Assembly: GCA_964480565.1 (NCBI GenBank)
Contig: CAYZSU010000003.1
Location: 1,415-65,414, forward strand
Direction of reading: 5' to 3'
Length of the DNA stretch: 64,000 nt
From: an uncultured Myxococcales bacterium
Lineage (GTDB): Bacteria; UBA10199; 2-02-FULL-44-16; JAAZCA01
Positions 55,911-64,000 of this stretch are shown here, in pieces; positions within the stretch are counted from its first letter, which is position 1; each line of letters begins with the position of its first letter. Under the pieces are notes generated by a model. It had not been told where the DNA came from and did not search any database. It worked only from the letters and a program-made list of their open reading frames with translations. The translations under genes were made by a program, and so were the position numbers.

Positions 55911-55992
55911 TACCTAGTGGATCAGCGTTTTGTAGTCACTTCCATCATAAAACCATTTACATGATGGTATTCACTATATATTCCTGTTTATC

Positions 55993-56631
55993 ATGTATAT
56001 ATTTTCACGATATTCCTGGGTGTTGATTGCCATATTAATTGCTTTTACTGCCTGTGTGAAATCCATGCCAAAATCCAGTATGGCTCATCCGCCTATTGTG
56101 AAAGGGTTGTGGCAGATGCATGTGCAAGGATTTCCATCGTCTATGCAAATGGCCGGAGTGATTGCTGCTGATGGCACTTATCAGTTGGAGCTAATGGATG
56201 CCATGTTTCATCCATATATGCGATTGATATGGAATGGGTCGCATACAATTGTGACGGACATGCGGAAAAATCGCCGAGTTAAGCGCCTAGATGGAACTGC
56301 TCTGTTCCGACGATTGTTTCACATGCCCTTAAATCCAGCGTACTTAGGGTATTTATTGATGGGGCAGGTGCCGTCCACATTGTCTGATAAACCGCATCGC
56401 ATTATTCGCTCCGATGCTGGGCAGTGGCGTTATATTTATTTAAACGATGAAAAGAGTTCTTCCCAAGTACTGACCATATCCAATAGACAGGGGCCTATGG
56501 CCAATGATATCCCCAAACAGATTTCTATTCACTATGCAGATCGTGCACATTGGACAATCACTGCAAAATCCGTTGATTTTATAGGTAAAATCCATCAAAA
56601 TTCCAATTCAAGTGGGAGTGTGTGGAAATGA
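55993..56631 (+). CDS. Hypothetical lipoprotein (212 aa), possibly LolB-like
   Basis: Lipobox LIAFTAC; size and architecture reminiscent of LolB (weak). Confidence 0.4.
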   Translation: MYIFSRYSWVLIAILIAFTACVKSMPKSSMAHPPIVKGLWQMHVQGFPSSMQMAGVIAADGTYQLELMDAMFHPYMRLIWNGSHTIVTDMRKNRRVKRLDGTALFRRLFHMPLNPAYLGYLLMGQVPSTLSDKPHRIIRSDAGQWRYIYLNDEKSSSQVLTISNRQGPMANDIPKQISIHYADRAHWTITAKSVDFIGKIHQNSNSSGSVWK

Positions 56632-58244
56632 TTAATTGGCGGGTTATAACTGAATGCATATATTACCCAGTCATCTTTATTTTTGCGCTTAATTTTTTGA
56701 TCGGCTGCCAGTATGCCTCTCCTAGAAATCCCAATCATTTTGTTAAGGGTATTTCTGTCAATCCATCCATATTAAATCCAGTGTTAGCCAGGGATGCAGA
56801 TGCATTTTATGTGTGCCATCATATCTATGAAGCCTTAGTAACTATGGATAATGAGACGCTCGCCTATAAGCCGCTTTTGGCTACGCATTGGGAGGTGTCC
56901 AAGGACCATACCGTATATACCTTTCATATAAAGAAGGATGTGTATTGGCATGATGGCTATCCCATGACCATGGCGGATATTTTATTTTCCTATCAGGTCT
57001 ATATGGATAAGCGTTTGGATAATGCGCATCTACGCGGCTATGTGAGTAATATTACGGATTTGCGCGCGCTGGGTTCCCATATGCTTCAAATTACAGTTGA
57101 AAATCCAAATTTTAAAACATTTGAAGCGCTTTCAGGGATTGTGCATATTTTGCCCAAGCATATTTTTGAAGATATTGAGACATTTAATACCAATCCATAC
57201 AATCGCCGGCCAGTGGGCACTGGGCCGTATGCATTTTCGCATTGGAAAAACAATCAGCGCATTGTATTGAATCGCTTTGATCACTATCATGGTCAACAGC
57301 CGGTATTTGAGAAATGGATATATAAAATTATTCCCAATGCAAATACGGCCTTTCAAATGTTAAAAAAGGAATCCATTGATTTAGCGGATATCAGTACATT
57401 ACAATGGGTGTTTCAAAGCGATTCGGATTATTTTAAAGAGCGTTTTTCAAAATATAAATTTTTTTCGCCAAACTTTACATCATTTGTCTGGAATCTTCAA
57501 AAAGATATTTTTAAGGATAAACGCGTGCGTCAGGCCATGGCCATGCTCATTGATCGTCACACATTATTGAAAAATATTCTATTTGATTTGGGCGAAACCA
57601 TTGAGTCACCCATATATAAATTTTCAAAAAATTATAATCATGACATGGCGTCGACGGACTATCACCCAGAAAAAGCAGCGGCCTTATTGCGCAAAGCAGG
57701 TTGGGGCGATCATAATCAGGATGGTATTTTGGATAAGGCTGGCAAGGATTTTGAATTTACATTTATCATGCCTTCCGGAGGATCTCTTTTTCAGAGCATA
57801 ATGATTTACATGCAGCAACAATTTTTAAAGGTGGGCATACGCATGCATGTTGAGCGCTTGGAATGGGCAAGCTATTTGCGAGCTGTGATGAGCCGTGAAT
57901 TTGACGCCATTATTCGAATGATAGTAATGCCTGTTCTGTCAGATCCATATATGCTATGGCATTCATCGCAGGCAAAACACGGGCATAATGTTTCGGGTTT
58001 TTCACATCCGCGAGTGGATGCACTTTTGGAAGAAGCGCGTATTACATTTGATGCGAATAAGCGAAGTGTGTTATATTATGAGTTTGCGCAAATTTTACGC
58101 GATGAAATGGCCGCATTCTTTTTATTTACCCTACCAACGCGTTATGCCTATTCCAAACGATTTGAAAATGTGACTCGGTACCCCTTGGGTGTCGACCCAT
58201 ATGAATGGCAAATAAAACCGTGGCATCCCATGATGGAGTGGTAA
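56622..58244 (+). CDS. ABC transporter substrate-binding lipoprotein, family 5 (oligopeptide/dipeptide/nickel type)
   Basis: Lipobox FLIGC; about 540 aa; SBP_bac_5-like pattern; followed by two permeases and two ATPases. Confidence 0.75.
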   Translation: MEMINWRVITECIYYPVIFIFALNFLIGCQYASPRNPNHFVKGISVNPSILNPVLARDADAFYVCHHIYEALVTMDNETLAYKPLLATHWEVSKDHTVYTFHIKKDVYWHDGYPMTMADILFSYQVYMDKRLDNAHLRGYVSNITDLRALGSHMLQITVENPNFKTFEALSGIVHILPKHIFEDIETFNTNPYNRRPVGTGPYAFSHWKNNQRIVLNRFDHYHGQQPVFEKWIYKIIPNANTAFQMLKKESIDLADISTLQWVFQSDSDYFKERFSKYKFFSPNFTSFVWNLQKDIFKDKRVRQAMAMLIDRHTLLKNILFDLGETIESPIYKFSKNYNHDMASTDYHPEKAAALLRKAGWGDHNQDGILDKAGKDFEFTFIMPSGGSLFQSIMIYMQQQFLKVGIRMHVERLEWASYLRAVMSREFDAIIRMIVMPVLSDPYMLWHSSQAKHGHNVSGFSHPRVDALLEEARITFDANKRSVLYYEFAQILRDEMAAFFLFTLPTRYAYSKRFENVTRYPLGVDPYEWQIKPWHPMMEW

Positions 58245-58246
58245 TT

Positions 58247-59254
58247 ATGTTGGGTTATATTGTTAAACGAAGTGTATTGATGGTCATTACCCTTTTAGGG
58301 ATTATTACCATGACATTTGCGATTATTCATTTAGCGCCTGGTGATCCCGCAGAGTTGCGTCAGCAATCATCATCGCATTTGCAAAGTGAAACAGCTGCAT
58401 CAAAAATCATTGCAGATACTCGCAAGCTATATGGTTTGGATAAGCCCATCTATATGCAATATGGCATTTGGCTCATGCGCGTTTTTTCACTTGATTTTGG
58501 GCATTCCTATCATGACCATCGGCCGGTATGGGATAAGATAAAAGAGGCATTGCCCATCACGATTGCCTTAAACATTATTGTCCTATGCATCATCTATATT
58601 GTGTCCATTCCGGTAGGCATATATGCGGCCATAAAACCGCGCACACTCATGGATCGCTTGTCATCCATTATCATGCTGATTTTATATTCATTGCCCAGTT
58701 TTTGGGTGGCCATGATGTTAATTGTACTGCTTAGCGGCGGTGATTATGCGAATGTATTTCCAATCATTGGTATTGTTTCGGATAATTGGCATGAGTTAAG
58801 CCTGTTTGGCAAAATTGGAAATGTGATCTGGCATTTGATTTTACCCATTATTTGCTTAAGCTATGGCGGTTTTGCTTTTTTATCGCGTTTTTCCAGAGCA
58901 ACAATGCTCGATATATTGCAGCAGGACTATATTCGAACCGCACGTGCCAAGGGACTTAGCGAATGGGCGGTTATTCTTAAGCATGGCTTGCGCAATGCAG
59001 GGATACCATTGATTACGCTGATGGGAACTCTATTGCCATCGCTGATTGGTGGCAGTGTGATTATTGAACAAATATTTTCCATTCCTGGCATGGGGCGCTT
59101 GGGGTTTGAGTCCGTGCTATCGCGTGATTATCCGGTGATCATGGCAATCAGTGTGTTATCCGCTACATTGACACTGATCAGCATGTTTATATCGGATTTA
59201 TTGTATATGTGGGTGGATCCGCGCATTGATCTAAGCGCAAGTAAACGAATATAG
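58247..59254 (+). CDS. ABC transporter permease (OppB/DppB-like)
   Basis: Six TM segments; EAA-like loop RTARAKGLSEWAVILKHGLRNA; start at 58247 follows the SBP stop. Confidence 0.8.
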   Translation: MLGYIVKRSVLMVITLLGIITMTFAIIHLAPGDPAELRQQSSSHLQSETAASKIIADTRKLYGLDKPIYMQYGIWLMRVFSLDFGHSYHDHRPVWDKIKEALPITIALNIIVLCIIYIVSIPVGIYAAIKPRTLMDRLSSIIMLILYSLPSFWVAMMLIVLLSGGDYANVFPIIGIVSDNWHELSLFGKIGNVIWHLILPIICLSYGGFAFLSRFSRATMLDILQQDYIRTARAKGLSEWAVILKHGLRNAGIPLITLMGTLLPSLIGGSVIIEQIFSIPGMGRLGFESVLSRDYPVIMAISVLSATLTLISMFISDLLYMWVDPRIDLSASKRI

Positions 59255-59275
59255 TGAGTAGATGAGGATTGTATT

Positions 59276-60265
59276 GTGTCTCAGCATACATATTATCAAT
59301 TATTGAAGCGGTCATTTTTTAAGAGCAACTTGGCATTATGCAGCCTTATTATCGCTATTTTCCTGGGTCTAATCGCTGTATTTGCGCCTTTTCTGGCCAA
59401 TGATCGTCCTATTTTACTGTATCATGAGGGTGTATTATCCATGCCGATATTCAATCGGAGTATTGATTGGGAGTCGATTCAAATGCAATGTCAGGCAAGT
59501 CATAATTGTGATGAACAAATTGCGATTATGCCGTTCATTTCCTATCATCCCAATACATTTGATTTAAATGCAATTCTTGCATTGCCAAGCCAGTCGCATT
59601 TGCTCGGTACAACCCGTGATGGTCGCGATGTGGCGGCAAATTTAATTTGGGGTGCGCGTATTTCCATGTCCGTAGGATTTGTATCCATCGGTATTGCATC
59701 ATTTATCGGTATTATTTTGGGTATGCTTGCTGGGTATTATGGGGGATGGGTGGATTTGAGTATATCGCGGTTTATTGAGATTATGATCTGTTTTCCAACA
59801 TTCTTTTTGATCATTACGATTTTGGCTTTTGTGGGACCATCGATTTATAATATTATGATAGTGATTGGTTTAACTGGTTGGACAGGCATTGCGAGGCTTG
59901 TGCGAGGAGAGGTCTTAAAAGTAAAGTGCCGCGAGTTTATACTGGCTTCCATTGTGTCAGGCGCACGCGATACGCGCATTATGTGGCGGCATATATTGCC
60001 ACATGCTATTTCGCCATTATGGGTGCCCATGTCATTTGGGATTGCATCTGCTATTTTGGCAGAATCTGGTTTGTCGTTTCTGGGGTTTGGCGTATCGCCA
60101 TCCACGCCCAGCTGGGGCAATATGTTGTCACAGGCCATGGAGACCATGGATATTGCCTGGTGGTTGACTTTAGCGCCTGGCTCTGCGATTTTTATTACTG
60201 TGATAGCCTATAATTTAATTGGCGAGCATTTACGGGATGTGATTGATCCCAATATCAAGGAGTAA
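59276..60265 (+). CDS. ABC transporter permease (OppC/DppC-like)
   Basis: TM profile; conserved ARDTRIMWRHILPHA EAA-like region; GTG start with RBS gagga. Confidence 0.8.
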   Translation: MSQHTYYQLLKRSFFKSNLALCSLIIAIFLGLIAVFAPFLANDRPILLYHEGVLSMPIFNRSIDWESIQMQCQASHNCDEQIAIMPFISYHPNTFDLNAILALPSQSHLLGTTRDGRDVAANLIWGARISMSVGFVSIGIASFIGIILGMLAGYYGGWVDLSISRFIEIMICFPTFFLIITILAFVGPSIYNIMIVIGLTGWTGIARLVRGEVLKVKCREFILASIVSGARDTRIMWRHILPHAISPLWVPMSFGIASAILAESGLSFLGFGVSPSTPSWGNMLSQAMETMDIAWWLTLAPGSAIFITVIAYNLIGEHLRDVIDPNIKE

Positions 60266-60267
60266 GC

Positions 60268-61260
60268 GTGACATTATTAGCTGTAGATGGCTTGACCACA
60301 CAGTTTGCAATTAATGGACAGTATGCAAATGCAGTGTCCAATGCATCGTTTCAGTTAAATAAAGGTGAAACAGTGTGCATTGTCGGTGAAAGTGGTTGTG
60401 GTAAAAGTGTGATGGCATTGTCCATTATGCAGCTAATTAGTTCACCTGGGCGTATTGCCAGTGGGCAGGTGCATTATCAAAACAATACCATGACTATGTC
60501 AGAAGATTTACTCACTTACTCGCCCAAACAAATGCAGCGTATTCGTGGCAACCGTATCGCCATGATCTTTCAAGAACCCATGACATCGCTCAATCCGGTG
60601 TTTAGTATTGGTAATCAAATTTGTGAAAGTCTTTTATTGCATCAAAAATTGAATAAATCAGAGGCCAATGAAAAGGCCATGGACATGCTAAATAAAGTGG
60701 GTATTGCAGAACCCAAAAAACGATTGAATGAATATCCGCATCAGCTTTCCGGTGGTATGCGTCAACGCGTGATGATTGCCATGGCATTATGTTGTGAGCC
60801 GGATATTTTAATCGCTGATGAGCCGACAACAGCGCTGGATGTGACGATTCAAGCGCAGATTTTGGATTTGATGCAAGAATTACAGGATGAACTGGGTATG
60901 GGAATTGTATTGGTGACTCATGACCTGGGTGTGGTTGCTCAAATGGCAACGACTATTATTGTGATGTATGCGGGGCAATTTGTGGAAATGGGCACGCCCG
61001 AAGAGATATTTTTTAATGCGAAACATCCATATACGCAAGGCTTGCTCCGAGCGATTATTTTCGGGAAGGAAAAAGGCAATGCTGCACCATTGCCGACTAT
61101 ACCGGGACTCGTGCCCAGCTTATTGGATTTACCAAAGGGCTGTGCCTTTGCGGATCGCTGTTTGCATATGTCGGATGACTGTCAGCAAAGTGCTATTTCT
61201 GATGATCCATGTAATATGGGTCGTATGGTTAGATGCATACATGTAAATAATGGGGGTTGA
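60268..61260 (+). CDS. ABC transporter ATP-binding protein (OppD/DppD-like)
   Basis: Walker A GESGCGKS; signature LSGGMRQRV; Walker B ILIADEPTTALD; C-terminal oligopeptide-ATPase extension. Confidence 0.85.
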   Translation: MTLLAVDGLTTQFAINGQYANAVSNASFQLNKGETVCIVGESGCGKSVMALSIMQLISSPGRIASGQVHYQNNTMTMSEDLLTYSPKQMQRIRGNRIAMIFQEPMTSLNPVFSIGNQICESLLLHQKLNKSEANEKAMDMLNKVGIAEPKKRLNEYPHQLSGGMRQRVMIAMALCCEPDILIADEPTTALDVTIQAQILDLMQELQDELGMGIVLVTHDLGVVAQMATTIIVMYAGQFVEMGTPEEIFFNAKHPYTQGLLRAIIFGKEKGNAAPLPTIPGLVPSLLDLPKGCAFADRCLHMSDDCQQSAISDDPCNMGRMVRCIHVNNGG

Positions 61261-61320
61261 GCTGTACTCTTCAAGGAATGTCATTTCCTTATGGTGGAAT
61301 ATAAATAATTGAGAGTGAAA

Positions 61321-62295
61321 ATGTCAGAGCCGATATTATCGATACAACATATTGTGAAACGCTTTCCATCTCAACGCAGCTTTTTTGGCCGTGAAAAGGA
61401 AAGTGTGCATGCGATTCGAGATGTATCATTGGACATTGCTAGTGGTGAAACCATTGGCCTGGTTGGTGAAAGCGGTTGTGGTAAATCCACGCTAGGTATG
61501 TTGTGCTTGGGCCTGCTTTTGCCGGATAATGGGCAAGTGGTATTTCAGGGGCAAAATATTTTTTCACTGTCTAGTGCGCAGTTACGTGAATTGCGGCAAT
61601 ATATGCAGGTGGTATTTCAGGATCCATATGCCAGTTTAAATCCACGCATGATTGTAGGGGATATTATTGGCGAGCCATTGCTTATTCATGGTTGTAAAGA
61701 TCGCAAAAATCGTGACGCACAGGTGCTGCAAATAATGCAGCGTGTGGGGTTAAAACCCGATGATTATATCAAATATCCGCATGAATTTTCCGGTGGTCAA
61801 CGTCAGCGCATTGGTATTGCACGTGCGATTGCGCTCAAACCAAAGTTGATCATTGCGGATGAGCCGGTGTCTGCATTGGATGTGTCCATTCGCGGTGAAA
61901 TATTGAATTTATTTTCAGACTTGCGCGATGAATTTGGATTAACCTATATATTTATTTCACATGATTTAAATGTAGTGGAACATATTAGTCATCGTATTGC
62001 TGTGATGTACTTGGGACGTATTGTGGAGATAATATCCGCGAATCATATTGAGCATGCCTGTCATCCATATACCAAGGCATTATTATCAGCTATTCCAACG
62101 CCCAATCCGCATAAGAAAACAAGGCGCGTATTATTAAAAGGTGATGTGCCCTCGCCAATTTCACCACCGTGTGGATGTGCCTTTCATCCACGATGTCAAT
62201 ATGCTACGGATGAATGCCAGGCCAAAATGCCTGAATTAAGTGAGCTGGACGATGGTCATTGTGTTGCCTGTCATCATTATCAAACATTAATGTAG
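61321..62295 (+). CDS. ABC transporter ATP-binding protein (OppF/DppF-like)
   Basis: Walker A GESGCGKST; FSGGQRQRI; LIIADEPVSALD; start at 61321 with RBS gagagtg (ORF track begins at TTG 61309). Confidence 0.85.
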   Translation: MSEPILSIQHIVKRFPSQRSFFGREKESVHAIRDVSLDIASGETIGLVGESGCGKSTLGMLCLGLLLPDNGQVVFQGQNIFSLSSAQLRELRQYMQVVFQDPYASLNPRMIVGDIIGEPLLIHGCKDRKNRDAQVLQIMQRVGLKPDDYIKYPHEFSGGQRQRIGIARAIALKPKLIIADEPVSALDVSIRGEILNLFSDLRDEFGLTYIFISHDLNVVEHISHRIAVMYLGRIVEIISANHIEHACHPYTKALLSAIPTPNPHKKTRRVLLKGDVPSPISPPCGCAFHPRCQYATDECQAKMPELSELDDGHCVACHHYQTLM

Positions 62296-62369
62296 GGTGA
62301 AAAATCGTTTGCCAAAATAAGTAAAAAAGTTTCACAGTACGATTATATTGTGAGAAATAAGGAGTAACG

Positions 62370-62873
62370 ATGAGATATATTGCATTCATATTATTCATAG
62401 TAATCAGTATGGGAATGTTTTCCGATAATGCCTTTGCGCGGAAAAAAGTCAAAAAAATTGAAGGCGCCAATGGGGTGATGTTATCGCCCACAGGATTAAC
62501 ATTTGATGCCAGCTATGATCCCAGGCTGGATACATTGGTGCCAGGATATAAGGTAATTAATGTCGCATTGTTTAATAAATCGTTTAATATCATTTCATTG
62601 GATCCTAAAAAGGATAAATGGGAAGTTAAGCTCGTCAGCCAGCGTAAACCTGTGCGCGGGTTTTATAACTTGCGGCGGCAAGATCCAAAAGCCTGGAATC
62701 ATTTGCCGGATAAATTACATTTATTAATTACCTATCCCTTAGCGCTCGCCATTGGTGCGGAACAAGTGGTGAATATATTTATCCCAAGCGAAATGGATTT
62801 GAGTGAATTTTCTGAGTTACATATCTATCTTCATTCATTGCGAACACAGTTTACAATTATTATGCGCGATTAA
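62370..62873 (+). CDS. Hypothetical secreted protein (167 aa)
   Basis: Signal peptide MRYIAFILFIVISMGMFSDNAFA. Confidence 0.45.
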   Translation: MRYIAFILFIVISMGMFSDNAFARKKVKKIEGANGVMLSPTGLTFDASYDPRLDTLVPGYKVINVALFNKSFNIISLDPKKDKWEVKLVSQRKPVRGFYNLRRQDPKAWNHLPDKLHLLITYPLALAIGAEQVVNIFIPSEMDLSEFSELHIYLHSLRTQFTIIMRD

Positions 62874-62904
62874 TCATTTAATATCATCATTAGGTAAATT
62901 ATTT

Positions 62905-64000
62905 ATGGGAATTACAATTGTTCAATCCAAGCAAACAACAATAAAAAAATCAGTTAAAGCCTTGATTCTTGCAGGGGGTGCCATTAGTGGTGGATCCTTT
63001 ATGGCAGGTGGTGTAAAAGCACTAAATGATCATTTTAAAGATTATGATATCCGGCAATGTGATATGTTTATTGGTTTGAGTTCGGGAAGTCTATTGGCAG
63101 CAGCGTTGATGGCTGGTATTCGACCAGAGTCAATTCTTCGTAGTTTAGATGGCAACTCATCTCATTTTACAGCGCTTAAAACAGAGCATTTTTATCGATT
63201 AAATATTAGTGAATTTATACAAAAACCCATTGATTTTTTTATGCGCACCGCATCATTGCTGCCTGATATAGCATCTGCATTTTTACAGTTTGAAAAAAAT
63301 ACGACCCATAGTTTTATTGGTAGATTATGGCAATTTTTATCGCATCCCACGTATGATCATTATGATGAATTGATAGGACCTTTTAAAGAGGTTATAACTA
63401 ATCAATCATTGCCTGGTTTAATGGAATTATTGCCGTCTGGATTATTTGATAATCGATATATGGAAGCTTATATACGCAGTAATATAGATGCCAATCATCT
63501 GACCAACTCATTTCAAGAGGCATATGAGATGACAGGAAAGCGCTTGTATATTAGTGCCATGCAATTGGATCAGGCCAAACGCGTATTATTTGGCATGGAT
63601 GAAAGGAATGATTTTACAATTTCAGAAGCTATTTGGGCATCTACTGCTATTCCAGGTTTTTATAAACCTGCGCATATCAATGGTGTGGACTATGTGGATG
63701 GTGGTGTGCAGGAAACAGCGGATATCGATACTGCTATTGCAAAAGGCGCTAATTTAATTGTTTGCTATAATCCATTTAGGCCCTATGAATCCAAACGGTT
63801 TGTAGATGATATATCGGGTTTAAGTCCATCTGAACGTCAGCTGTCTTCATCCGGTATGGTGGCTGTATTAAACCAAATTTTTAGAGCATTATTTCATAGT
63901 CGATTGCGCATTACTTTGGAGCAAGTGCGTGCGACACATGGAAATAAAAGTGATATTGTGCTGATTGAACCAGAGTCCGATGATAAAGATTTTTTTGCAT
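62905..64000 (+). CDS. Patatin-like phospholipase family protein (3' end beyond the window)
   Basis: Oxyanion/Gly-rich LILAGGAISGGSFMAGG; GxSxG nucleophile elbow GLSSGS; catalytic DGG in VDYVDGGV; ORF runs to the window end. Confidence 0.8.
   Translation, partial: MGITIVQSKQTTIKKSVKALILAGGAISGGSFMAGGVKALNDHFKDYDIRQCDMFIGLSSGSLLAAALMAGIRPESILRSLDGNSSHFTALKTEHFYRLNISEFIQKPIDFFMRTASLLPDIASAFLQFEKNTTHSFIGRLWQFLSHPTYDHYDELIGPFKEVITNQSLPGLMELLPSGLFDNRYMEAYIRSNIDANHLTNSFQEAYEMTGKRLYISAMQLDQAKRVLFGMDERNDFTISEAIWASTAIPGFYKPAHINGVDYVDGGVQETADIDTAIAKGANLIVCYNPFRPYESKRFVDDISGLSPSERQLSSSGMVAVLNQIFRALFHSRLRITLEQVRATHGNKSDIVLIEPESDDKDFFA

Overview
This 64-kb window comes from a low-GC (about 40%) diderm bacterium that I cannot place taxonomically. 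There are no rRNA genes and no CRISPR arrays. All calls rest on the ORF translations and on motifs I could read by eye; no database search was possible.

Main contents, in order:

- **Integrative island (1498-9407).** A roughly 7.9-kb element is inserted at the 3' end of a tRNA-Thr(CGT) gene and bounded by identical 59-bp direct repeats. It carries a P4-type tyrosine integrase and an AlpA-like excisionase. Its cargo is almost entirely unknown: an integrase-coupled two-gene cassette, a DUF5681-like gene, a PD-(D/E)xK nuclease paired with a membrane zinc-ribbon protein next to an XRE regulator, and a remnant of a PIN-domain toxin. This island is the best candidate for an undescribed system, most plausibly anti-phage defence cargo on a satellite-like element.
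- **Chromosomal flank of the island.** rpoZ is followed on the minus strand by tRNA-Leu(CAA) and the tRNA-Thr(CGT) target gene; the right-hand att repeat covers the last 46 nt of the tRNA.
- **Secreted protein and dehydrogenase.** An 897-aa secreted repeat protein has a C-terminal tail that reads through a palindromic repeat element. On the opposite strand sits an archaeal-type (type II) GAPDH homolog.
- **Alpha-2-macroglobulin / PbpC pair.** A 1964-aa bacterial alpha-2-macroglobulin with an intact CxEQ thioester lies next to a class-C penicillin-binding protein.
- **Type II secretion cluster.** An orphan sensor histidine kinase precedes gspC-D-E-F-G-H-I-J-K. No gspL, gspM, gspN or prepilin peptidase is present in the cluster.
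- **Genes flanking the T2SS.** These are a SEC-C-motif protein, an uncharacterised radical-SAM enzyme and a J-domain/PilZ fusion protein.
- **Housekeeping block.** hup, gyrA, a TPR protein, ndk, an alpha2-type GlyRS, ppdK, gdh and hemW.
- **Repeat-rich intergenic region.** It holds a structured 140-bp element that shares a 40-bp motif with the upstream region of the secreted protein, a second copy of the palindromic repeat, and a tRNA-Met(CAT) flanked by perfect 21-bp direct repeats.
- **Remaining genes.** A gamma-CA-like protein, der, a YihY-like protein, an NSS transporter, YfgM-like and BamB-like proteins, a five-gene peptide ABC transporter, and a patatin-like phospholipase truncated by the window end.
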